64,000 bases of DNA from Phyllobates terribilis (Eukaryota). Below, in pieces: positions 46,127 to 60,400 of this stretch. A program made the translations under genes and the position numbers. A model generated the notes under the pieces. It was not told the DNA's origin. It worked only from the letters and a program-made list of their open reading frames with translations, and did no database searches. The stretch is from positions 127,348,001-127,412,000 of the forward strand of contig NW_027362762.1 in the NCBI RefSeq assembly GCF_046119375.1, in the 5' to 3' direction. The first letter of the stretch is position 1; the number at the start of each line of letters is the position of its first letter.

Positions 46127-48169
46127 CAACCAGCAAATACCACACGAAATAACAACTCTACAATATATTTCCCTAAAACTCTACAATGTGCTGTTCCTCT
46201 GTTATTCCTACTAGAAATTCATGAATAAATTGACAACTGGGCATTACCAGTTAGAGGTGTGCCCCTACTCTTACTCTTATACTGTCCAATCAGTGCTGGA
46301 CTTTGTAAGAACACACCCCTTTGTCAAAGAGAACCATAACACCCAGTTGTATATTTGTATGATCTGTATTTTTAGGGGGTATTATCTGGATTCTGTATAT
46401 GTTTATGGGGTCTGGGCTGTAATTATTTGGTGGGTTTGATTTGACATCTGCATTTTTTGGGGGTAGTCATGTCTGAGGGCTGTATTTACCACATTTAGGG
46501 GTATCTATCTCTGAAGACAGCATATATTTAGAACTTCCGGCCTTGGATTTGTATTTATTTAGACGCTCGGCATATTTTTAGGAATTATGGGGATTTGGTT
46601 TAGGGTCTGTTTTATTAGTTTTTTTTGAGAGTACTGTATATTTTAGGGCATATATATCTGGTTCTGACTTAAGGTTTGTTTTAGGGGTTCTGGAGTCTTT
46701 GTTTATATAGGTGGACTATATCTTTTTAGGGGGTCTGGTCTAAGGTCTGAATTTATTTAGGGGGTCTGGTGTACGTTCTGTATTTATTTGGGGGATTTGT
46801 ATCTTTTTTAGGGGTTCTTGTCTAGGGTCTGTATTTATTTATGGGTTTTGTATATATTAGGGGGTCTGAATCTTGTTAATGGTTCTGGGGATTATATTTA
46901 TGCAAGTGGTCTGGTCTCTGTTTTGTATTTAGAGGGTCTAGTCGGAGACCTGAATTTACTTATAGGGTCTGTATTTATTTGGGATCTGTATCTTTTTAAG
47001 GGTTCTGGTCTTGAGTCTATTTTAGGGGATCCATATTTTAGGGGTCTGCATGTTGTTAAGGGTTCTGGGGTTTGTATTTATGTGGGTGGTCTGGTCTCTG
47101 TTCTGTATTTACTAGGTCTGGTCTGAGGACTTAATTTATTTAGGGGATCTGTATTCTTTTTTCAGGGGTTCTTGTCTAGGGTCTAATTTATGGGGTCCAG
47201 TCTAGGGTCTGTATTTATTCAGGGGGGTTGTATATTGTAGGGGGTCTGTATCTTGTTAGGGGTTTTGGGGTTTGTATTTATGGGGGTAATCTGGTCTCTG
47301 TTATGTATTTGGAGGGTCTAGTCTGAGGCCTGAATTTACTTACGGGGTCTGTATTTATTTGGAGATCTGTATCTTTTTCAGGGGTTCTGGTCTAGAGTCT
47401 ACTTTCGTACTTTCGGAGATCCAGTCTAGGGTTTGTATATTTTAGGGGTCTGCATGTTATTAGGAGTTCTGGGGTTTGTATTTATGTGATTGGTCTGGTA
47501 TCTGTTGTGTATTTAGAGTGTCTGGTCTGGGGTCTGTATTTATTTAGGGGGTGTGTATATTTTAGAGGGTCTGTATATTTTAGAGGGTCTGTATCTTGTT
47601 AGCGGTTCTTGGGGTTGTATTTATGTTGGTGGTCTGTAATTTTAGGGTGTTTGGTCTGGGGCTATTCAGGGGGTCTGTTCTGGAATCTGCATTTACTTAG
47701 GTGGTATGAGGTTCTGGTCTAAGGCTATTTTAAGGAGGTCTAGTCTGGGGTCTTTAGGGAGTCTGGGTACTATATGTATTTAGAGTACGTGTCTCTTTTT
47801 AAGGTCTGCTTTTGGGGGTGGTCTTTTCTGGGTCCATATTTATGTAGATGGCATGGCCTGGAGTCTGTATTTCTTTAGAGGGTATCTCTGAAGTCTGCAT
47901 TTACTCTGGGGTCTGAATTTATTTAGGGTGTCTAGTCTGAGGACTTTAATATTTTAATGTTTGGGGGGGAGACTTAGTCTTTAACATTAATGATGGCAAC
48001 ATAAATCTGTATTTACATTTTCCACAGAATAAAACGGAATTTCTGTGAAATGTTTATTGAAATAATTACTATTGTGTTTTTTAAATTAAATTATTTTTCT
48101 ACTGTTTTAATGAACATCTAATACTGATACACATATTTTCTTTAACGCATGACAGTACATGTATATATA

Positions 48170-49792
48170 CAGTGGGTACAGAAAGTATTCAGACCCCTTT
48201 AAATTTTTCGCTCTTTGTTTCATTGCAGCCATTTGGTAAATTTTAAAAAGTTCATTTTTTTTCTCATTAAAGTACACTCTGCGCCCCATCTTGACTGAAA
48301 AAAAAACAGAAATGTAGAAATTTTTGCAAATTTATTAAAAAAGAAAAACTGAAATATCACATGGGCATAAGTATTCAGACCCTTTGCTCAGACACTCATA
48401 TTTAAGTCACATGCTGTCCATTTCCTTGTGATCCTCCTTGAGATGGTTCTACTTCTTCATTGGAGTCCAGCTGTGTTTAATTAAACTGGTAGGACTTGAT
48501 TTGGAAAGGCACACACCTGTCTATATAAGACCTCACAGCTCACAGTGCATGTCAGACCAAATGAGAATTATGAGCTCAAAGGAACTGCCTAAGGAGCTCA
48601 GAGACAGAATTGTGGCAAGGCACAGATCTGGCCAAGGTTACAAAAGAATTTCTGCATTACTCAAAGTTCCTAAGAGCACAGTGGCCTCCATAATCCTTAA
48701 ATGGAAGAAGTTTGGGACCACCAGAAGTCTTCCTAGACCTGGCCATCCAGCCAAACTGAGCAATCGTGGGAGAAGAGCTCTGGTGAGAGAGGTACAGAAG
48801 AACCCCAAGATCACTGTAGCTGAGCTCCAGAGATGCAGTAGGGAGATGGGAGAAAGTTCCACATCGTCAACTACCACTGCAGCCCTCCACCAGTCGGGCC
48901 TTTATGGCTGAGTGGCCTGACGGAAGCCTCTCCTCAGTGCAAGACATATGAAAGCCCGCATAGTGTTTGCTCAAAAACAGATGAAGGACTCCCAGACTAT
49001 GAGAAATAAGATTCTCTGGTCTAATGAGACGAAGATAGAACTTTTTGGTGAGAATTCTAAGCGGTATGTGTGGAGAAAACCAGGCACTGCTCATCACCTG
49101 CCCAATACAATCCCAACAGTGAAACATGGTGGTGGCAGCATCATGCTATGGGGGTGTTTTTCAGCTACAGTGACAGGACTACTTGTTGCAATTGAAGAAA
49201 ACATGAATGCAGCCAAGTACAGAGATATCCTGGATGAAAACCTCTTCCAGAGTGCTCTGGACCTCAGATTTGGTCGAAGGTTCACCTTCCAACAAGACAA
49301 CGACCCTAAGCACACATCTAAAATAACAAAGGAGTTGCTTCAGAACAACTCTGTGACCATTTTTGACTGGCCCAGCCAGAGGCCTGACTTAAACCCAATT
49401 GAGCATCTCTGGAGAGACCTGAAAATGGCTGTCCACTAACGTGACGGAACTGGAGAGGATCTGCAAGGAAGAATGGCAGAGGATCCCCAAATCCAGGTGT
49501 GAATAACTTGTTGCATCATTCCCAAGAAGACTTATGGCTGCACTAGCTCAAAAGGGTGTTTCTACTCAATACTGAGCAAAGGGTCTGAATACTTATGACT
49601 ATGTGATATTTCAGTTTGTTTTTTTTAATAAATTTGCAAAAATTTCTACATTTCTGTTTTTTTTCAGTCAAGATGGGGTGCAGAGTGTACTTTAATGAGA
49701 AAAAATATGAACTTTTTAGAATTTACCAAATGGCTGCAATGAAGCAAAGAGTAAAAAATTTAAAGGGGTCTGAATACTTTCCGCACCCACTG
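48170..49792 (+). mobile_element. Full-length Tc1 (F family) with disabled transposase
   Basis: Both TIRs and TA flanks; stops at 48909 and 49437. Confidence 0.93.
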
Positions 49793-49846
49793 TACAGCAT
49801 ATAAATATATATATATATACATGTATATATATTTATATATATGTAT

Positions 49847-50045
49847 TGTAAGATGGCTACCGGACATGTCCTTGAGGGGACATATGTATCGCTGAGGTAG
49901 GGAGCTTCAGTGATGTAAAACCGGGAAAGCATGCTCCAGCACACATAGTCATAAGAGACGGGAGGGATTGGCTGCTCACATATCCCCACCCCAGGGCGTG
50001 TGTATAAAATGGAGACCGAGTGTCTCATTCAGTGTCTGTGGATGG
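49847..50045 (+). repeat. Probable 5' portion of an LTR joined by deletion to the integrase that follows
   Basis: Starts TGTAAG after an AT microsatellite; GTATAAAA box near 50001; no partner LTR in window. Confidence 0.4.
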
Positions 50046-50573
50046 AGGTGTGGATCCTCCAGAGGTTCTATTGGCCCGATTGTCACCCAAAAATTGTAAA
50101 TTGTTGTAGGTCATTTCCCACCTGCCAACTGATCTCCCCGGTGGCCCACTTCCGGAGCCCCTTAGTGCCGTTGCCAATCATTGAGGTGCTATTTGATCGC
50201 ATAGCAATGGATCTAGTGAGACCCCTGGTCAAATCTGCCAGAGGATATCAGTATATCCTGGTAGTACTGGACTACACGGTATCCGGAGGCCGTGCCACTA
50301 CGTACACACGTGGTCAAAATTGTTGGTACCCCTCGTTTAATGAAAGAAAAACCCACAATGGTCACAGAAATAACTTGAATCTGAGAAAACTAATAATAAA
50401 TTAAAAATCTATGAAAATGAACAAATGAAAGTCAGTCATTGCTTTTCAACCCTGCTTCAACAGAATTTTAAAAAAAATTTAACTCTTGAAATAGGCCTGG
50501 ACAGAAATGATGATACCCCTGAAAATAATGTGACAAATCGGACATGTTAAATCAAGTTGTGTCCACTAATTAG

Positions 50574-52347
<1,774 letters not shown>

Positions 52348-54472
52348 GTTAAGAGTATCATCATTTCTGTCCAAACCTATTTCATGAGTTTAATTTTTTT
52401 TTAAATTCGGTGGAAGCAGGGTTCAAAAGCAATGACTGACTTACATTTGTTCATTTTCATAGATTTTTAATTTATTATTACTTTTGTCAGATTCAAGTTA
52501 TTTCTGTGACCATTGTAGGTTTTTCTTTCATTAAATGAGGGGTGGCAACAACTTTGACCACGTATGTAACTCCTCTGCCAAATGTATAGCCCGGGAGTTG
52601 GTCCACATCTTCGCTAGAACGGGGTTGCCTAAGGAGATCCTAACGGACCAAGGGACCCCATTTATGTCAAGGGTGATGAGGGAGTTGTGCAAAACCCTGC
52701 AAATCACACAACTCAGGACTTCAGTCTACCATCCCCAGACAGATGGGTTAGTGGAAAGGTTTAATAAAACCTTGAAGGCCATGTTAAAGAAGTTCGTAGA
52801 GAAAGACGGCCGAGATTGGGGTTTGTCTACTGCCGTACCTTCTGTTCTCCATTAGAGAAGTCCCACAGGCCTCTACTGAATTCTCCCTGTTTGAGCTGTT
52901 ATATGGCCGACACCCCCGCAGACTCCTGGATGTAGCAAAGGTGGAGTCTACACCCTACAGGAGTGAAATCGAACATGTGGCCCAGATGCAAGAGAGGATA
53001 GCAGAGGTGATGCCCATTATGAAAGAACACCTCCTCAAAACACAAGAGGCACAGTGGAGGGTGTACAATAGATCAGGCAGGGTGAGACACTTCAAGCCTG
53101 GGGATCGGGTACTAGTGCTGGTACCTACGGTAGAGAGCAAATTCCTGGCCAAGTGGCAGGGCCGCTATGAAGCGGTTGAAAAGATTGGCGACGTCAACTA
53201 TAGGGTCCACCAACCAGGAAGAAGGAAGCCCTACCAGGTGAACCACGTCAACCTCATTAAGCCATGGCAAAACAGGGAGCCTGTGGAAGCTCCGTGTTTG
53301 GTGGGGAAGACTAAAACCAACGTGGAGGAAATCAAGGTGGCAGAGTCGCAGTCACGTGCCCGGAAGCAACAATGCCGACAGTTGCTGCAGCAGAACAGGG
53401 ACCTGTTCTTGGATCTACTGGGCTGTACTCAGGTCATAGAGCATGAAGTGCTTACGGAGCCTCTTGTCCGAGTGAATATGAAGCCGTATCGGATTACTGA
53501 AGCCGTATCGGATTACTGAAGCCCGCCAAGAGGTAATCTCAAAGGAGGTGAAGCGCATGCTGAATCTGGGGGTCATCAAAGAGTCCAAGAGTGGCTGGTC
53601 CAGTCCCATAGTCTTAGTGCCGAAACCAGATGGCGAATGGTGGTTCTGCAATGACTATAGGAAACTGAATGAAGTCTCTAAATTTGATTTGTACCCAATG
53701 CCCAGGGTAGATGAACTAATTGAAAGGCTAGGGCCGGACAGGTATATTACCACCCTTGACCTCACAAAAGGGTATTGGCAGATTCCTATGTCCCAAGAAC
53801 GCCAGATGGGTGTTTGAAATACACCAGGATGCCTTTTGGGTTACAAGGAGCACCTGCTGCCTTCCAGAGAGCAATGGACTGGATTTTAGCTTCCCACAAG
53901 AAGTATGGAGCAGCCTACCTTGATGATATCATGATCTACTGTACACCCAGGGTTGGGGTAGCCATCTCAGCGATATTCGATGCTCTACGGATTTTCCATC
54001 AACCCGAAGAAATGTGCCATGGGCATGGAGGAGGCCAGATGTTTGGGCTATGTCATAGGTAGAGGCGTGATAAAGCCTCAAGTAAATAAAACTGACACCA
54101 TCCGGGGTTGGCCACAACCTCTCACAAAAAAGCAGGTCAGAGTGTTCCTGGGCATCGTGGGCTACTACCGCCGGTTCATCTCTAACTTCGCCATGACAGC
54201 CGCCCCTTTGACAGACCTCATTAAGGGGACAAAATTGGCTATGGCTAAGTGGTCTCCAGAAACTGAGATGACTTTCCAGGAACTCAAGCAAGCCCTGTGT
54301 AAATAGCCGGTGTTGGTGACATTCAGATTTCTCGAAGGAGTTTATGGTTCAGACAGACGCGTCAGATGTCGGGCTGGGTGCTGTACTCCTTTCACAGAGA
54401 TGAACGGCAAAGAGCACCCCATAATGTATTTAAGCCGGAAGCTGATGTCTTGTGAGAGAAATTACTCCATAG

Positions 54473-57400
54473 TAGAGATGAGCGTTGTTCTACTCGAACT
54501 GTTCGCCAATCTCAAATTCGAGCTGTTTTGGGCGGTGTTCGAGCCGTTCGGCGAACACGAACGATTTGAGAAAAATTCGGCTGTTCGAGGTTATGTTCGA
54601 TAACTGTTCGTGCACCAAAATCATAACTGGATTTTTTCTCAGTAATGATGAAAATTAATGTTAATACGCAGTTTGAGTGTACAGCGGGGTGGGGGGAGGG
54701 GCAGGGGATGGATCTCTGCAGGAATAATGAAGATCTCCATTTTTTTTTCTCTTTCCCGCATTTACAGTGGGGAGGTGCAATCTGTCAGCCTATCAGCAGC
54801 GCACACACGGAGCGAAGTGCTTTTTTCACACAAGCAAGGGCATGTGTCATTGGCAGTGTATGTCACATGTCCTTGCCCTATAAGACCAAGCCATTTTCCC
54901 CGTCGCCACCATTTTCTCACTGCTGCAGCTGCGTGTTAGACGGCACCGCTGTTGCTGTGTGCGCTATACCTTGTTAATTTCAAGCCAATTTTCGCACAAA
55001 TCTACAGATAGCTTGGGAGTAGGGAATAGTTGTGATTGCAGTCCTTTTAAGGACTAGGTTACAGCATTTCCTACGACTTTTATCAGGCAGGTCTGTGCTC
55101 TTAAATAGATAGATTGTGGGAGTAAAGACTAATTGTAATTGCAGTCCTTTTCAGGACTAGGTTACATCAGTTCCTATCAGTTTTTGCCAGGCAGGTCTGT
55201 GCCAGTGCTGTGCAAGTTTTTTTCACAGCATTTGGCTGAATCTAGCAAAGCTAATCCTTTTTGGCCTATTGCAGAGTGTGTTAGTCAGTGGAGTAGCCTA
55301 TCTGTGTTGCAAGATATACCACCTGTGTATAGAATACCAATTTTTTTACTGCACCTAGTGAAATAAAATCTTTTGGGCATAGCATCATTCTATTAGTCCA
55401 TCTATACTGACCTCCATCAGGTTGCAAATTGAATATAATTTTTTTCTGCATCTAGCTCTGAAAAAATATTTGGGCTTCTAGCAGTGTGTGGGACTTGTTC
55501 TATTAGTCCATCTATACTGACCTCCATCAGGTTGCAAACTGAATATAATTTTTTTCTGCATCTAGCTCTGAAAAAATATTTGGCCTTCTAGCAGTGTGTG
55601 GGACTTTCTCTATTAGTCCATCTATACTGACCTCCATCAGGTTGCAAACTGAATATATTTTTTTTCTACATCTACCTCTGAAAAAATATTGGGCTTCTAG
55701 TTGTGTGTGGGACTTGTTCTATTAATCCATCTATACAGACCTCCATCAGGTTGCAAACTGAATATAATTTTTTTCTGCATCTACCTCTGAAAAAATATTT
55801 GGGCTTCTAGCTGTGTGTGGGACTTGTTCTATTAGTCCATCTATACTGACCTCCATCAGGTTGCAAATTAAAAATAATTTTTATCTGCATCTACCTCTGA
55901 AAAAATATTTGGGCTTCTAGCTGTGTGTGGGACTTGTTCTATTAGTCCATCTATACTGACCTCCATCAGGTTGCAAACTGAATATAATTTTTTTCTGCAT
56001 CTAGCTCTGAAAAAATATTTGGCCTTCTAGCAGTGTGTGGGACTTTCTCTATTAGTCCATCTATACTGACCTCCATCAGGTTGCAAATTAAAAATAATTT
56101 TTATCTGCATCCAGCTCTGAAAAAATATTTGGCCTTCTAGCAGTGTGTGGGACTTTCTCTATTAGTCCATCTATACTGATCTCCATCAGGTTGCAAATTA
56201 AAAATAATTTTTTGTCTGCATCTAGCTCTGAAAAAATATTTGGCCTTCTAGCAGTGTGTGGGACTTTCTCTATTAGTCCATCTATACTGACCTCCATCAG
56301 GTTGCAAACTGAATATATTTTTTTTCTGCATCTACCTCTGAAAAAATATTGGGCTTCTAGCTGTGTGTGGGACTTGTTCTATTAATCCATCTATACAGAC
56401 CTCCATCAGGTTGCAAACTGAATATAATTTTTTTCTGCATCAACCTCTGAAAAAATATTTGGGCTTCTAGCTGTGTGTGGGACTTGTTCTATTAGTCCAT
56501 CTATACTGACCTCCATCAGGTTGCAAACTGAATATAATTTTTTTCTGCATCTAGCTCTGAAAAAATATTTGGGCTTCTAGCTGTGTGTGGGACTTTCTCT
56601 ATTAGTCCATCTATACTGACCTCCATCAGGTTGCAAATTAAAAATAATTTTTTGTCTGCATCTAGCTCTGAAAAAATATTTGGCCTTCTAGCAGTGTGTG
56701 GGACTTTCTCTATTAGTCCATCTATACTGACCTCCATCAGGTTGCAAACTGAATATATTTTTTTTCTGCATCTACCTCTGAAAAAATATTGGGCTTCTAG
56801 CTGTGTGTGGGACTTGTTCTATTAATCCATCTATACAGACCTCCATCAGGTTGCAAACTGAATATAATTTTTTTCTGCATCTACCTCTGAAAAAATATTT
56901 GGGCTTCTAGCTGTGTGTGAGACTTGTTCTATTAGTCCATCTATACTGACCTCCATCAGGTTGCAAACTGAAAATAATTTTTTGTCTGCATCTAGCTCTG
57001 AAAAAATATTTGGCCTTCTAGCAGTGTGTGGGACTTTCTCTATTAGTCCATCTATACTGACCTCCATCAGGTTGCAAATTAAAAATAATTTTTATCTGCA
57101 TCTACCTCTGAAAAAATATTTGGGCTTCTAGCAGTGTGTGGGACTTGTTCTATTAGTCCATCTATACTGACCTCCATCAGGTTGCAAACTGAATATAATT
57201 TTTTTCTGCATCTAGCTCTGAAAAAATATTTGGCCTTCTAGCAGTGTGTGGGACTTTCTCTATTAGTCCATCTATACTGACCTCCATCAGGTTGCAAACT
57301 GAATATATTTTTTTTCTGCATCTACCTCGGAAAAAATATTGGGCTTCTACCTGTGTGTGGGACTTGTTCTATTAATCCATCTATACAGACCTCCATCAGG

Positions 57401-60400
57401 TTGCAAACTGAATATAATTTTTTTCTGCATCTACCTCTGAAAAAATATTTGGGCTTCTAGCTGTGTGTGGGACTTGTTCTATTAGTCCATCTATACTGAC
57501 CTCCATCAGGTTGCAAATTAAAAATAATTTTTATCTGCATCTACCTCTGAAAAAATATTTGGGCTTCTAGCTGTGTGTGGGACTTGTTCTACTAGTCCAT
57601 CTATACTGACCTCCATCAGGTTGCAAACTGAATATAATTTTTTTCTGCATCTAGCTCTGAAAAAATATTTGGCCTTCTAGCAGTGTGTGGGACTTTCTCT
57701 ATTAGTCCATCTATACTGACCTCCATCAGGTTGCAAACGGAATATATTTTTTTTCTGCATCTACCTCTGAAAAAATATTGGGCTTCTAGCTGTGTGTGGG
57801 ACTTGTTCTATTAATCCATCTATACAGACCGCCATCAGGTTGCAAACTGAATATAATTATTTTCTGCATCTACCTCTGAAAAAATATTTGGGCTTCTAGC
57901 TGTGTGTGGGACTTGTTCTATTAGTCCATCTATACTGACCTCCATCAGGTTGCAAATTAAAAATAATTTTTATCTGCATCTACCTCTGAAAAAATATTTG
58001 GGCTTCTAGCTGTGTGTGGGACTTGTTCTAGTAGTCCATCTATACTGACCTCCATCAGGTTGCAAACTGAATATAATTTTTTTCTGCATCTAGCTCTGAA
58101 AAAATATTTGGCCTTCTAGCAGTGTGTTGGACTTTCTCTATTAGTCCATCTATACTGACCTCCATCAGGTTGCAAACTGAATACATTTTTTTCTGCATCT
58201 ACCTCTGAAAAAATATTGGGCTTCTAGCTGTGTGTGGGACTTGTTCTATTAATCCATCTATACAGACCTCCATCAGGTTGCAAACTGAATATAATTTTTT
58301 TCTGCATCTACCTCTGAAAAAATATTTGGGCTTCTAGCTGTGTGTGGGACTTGTTCTATTAGTCCATCTATACTGACCTCCATCAGGTTGCAAATTAAAA
58401 ATAATTTTTATCTGCATCTACCTCTGAAAAAATATTTGGGCTTCTAGCTGTGTGTGGGACTTGTTCTATTAGTCCATCTATACTGACCTCCATCAGGTTG
58501 CAAATTAAAAATAATTTTTTGTCTGCATCTAGCTCTGAAAAAATATTTGGCCTTCTAGCAGTGTGTGGGACTTTCTCTATTAGTCCATCTATACTGACCT
58601 CCATCAGGTTGCAAACTGAATATATTTTTTTTCTACATCTACCTCTGAAAAAATATTGGGCTTCTAGTTGTGTGTGGGACTTGTTCTATTAATCCATCTA
58701 TACAGACCTCCATCAGGTTGCAAACTGAATATAATTTTTTTCTGCATCTACCTCTGAAAAAATATTTGGGCTTCTAGCTGTGTGTGGGACTTGTTCTATT
58801 AGTCCATCTATACTGACCTCCATCAGGTTGCAAATTAAAAATAATTTTTATCTGCATCTACCTCTGAAAAAATATTTGGGCTTCTAGCTGTGTGTGGGAC
58901 TTGTTCTATTAGTCCATCTATACTGACCTCCATCAGGTTGCAAACTGAATATAATTTTTTTCTGCATCTAGCTCTGAAAAAATATTTGGCCTTCTAGCAG
59001 TGTGTGGGACTTTCTCTATTAGTCCATCTATACTGACCTCCATCAGGTTGCAAATTAAAAATAATTTTTATCTGCATCCAGCTCTGAAAAAATATTTGGC
59101 CTTCTAGCAGTGTGTGGGACTTTCTCTATTAGTCCATCTATACTGATCTCCATCAGGTTGCAAATTAAAAATAATTTTTTGTCTGCATCTAGCTCTGAAA
59201 AAATATTTGGCCTTCTAGCAGTGTGTGGGACTTTCTCTATTAGTCCATCTATACTGACCTCCATCAGGTTGCAAACTGAATATATTTTTTTTCTGCATCT
59301 ACCTCTGAAAAAATATTGGGCTTCTAGCTGTGTGTGGGACTTGTTCTATTAATCCATCTATACAGACCTCCATCAGGTTGCAAACTGAATATAATTTTTT
59401 TCTGCATCTACCTCTGAAAAAATATTTGGGCTTCTAGCTGTGTGTGGGACTTGTTCTATTAGTCCATCTATACTGACCTCCATCAGGTTGCAAACTGAAT
59501 ATAATTTTTTTCTGCATCTAGCTCTGAAAAAATATTTGGGCTTCTAGCTGTGTGTGGGACTTTCTCTATTAGTCCATCTATACTGACCTCCATCAGGTTG
59601 CAAATTAAAAATAATTTTTTGTCTGCATCTAGCTCTGAAAAAATATTTGGCCTTCTAGCAGTGTGTGGGACTTTCTCTATTAGTCCATCTATACTGACCT
59701 CCATCAGGTTGCAAACTGAATATATTTTTTTTCTGCATCTACCTCTGAAAAAATATTGGGCTTCTAGCTGTGTGTGGGACTTGTTCTATTAATCCATCTA
59801 TACAGACCTCCATCAGGTTGCAAACTGAATATAATTTTTTTCTGCATCTACCTCTGAAAAAATATTTGGGCTTCTAGCTGTGTGTGGGACTTGTTCTATT
59901 AGTCCATCTATACTGACCTCCATCAGGTTGCAAACTGAAAATAATTTTTTCTCTGCATCTAGCTCTGAAAAAATATTTGGCCTTCTAGCAGTGTGTGGGA
60001 CTTTCTCTATTAGTCCATCTATACTGACCTCCATCAGGTTGCAAATTAAAAATAATTTTTATCTGCATCTACCTCTGAAAAAATATTTGGGCTTCTAGCA
60101 GTGTGTGGGACTTGTTCTATTAGTCCATCTATACTGACCTCCATCAGGTTGCAAACTGAATATAATTTTTTTCTGCATCTAGCTCTGAAAAAATATTTGG
60201 CCTTCTAGCAGTGTGTGGGACTTTCTCTATTAGTCCATCTATACTGACCTCCATCAGGTTGCAAACTGAATATATTTTTTTTCTGCATCTACCTCGGAAA
60301 AAATATTGGGCTTCTACCTGTGTGTGGGACTTGTTCTATTAATCCATCTATACAGACCTCCATCAGGTTGCAAACTGAATATAATTTTTTTCTGCATCTA

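Larger units (their letters stand above)
43103..49152 (+). repeat. Near-identical tandem duplication, units 43103-46126 and 46128-49152 (~3025 bp)
   Basis: ORF pairs offset by 3025/3026; junction TATGGG-C-AACCAGC at 46127; only scattered substitutions. Confidence 0.95.
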
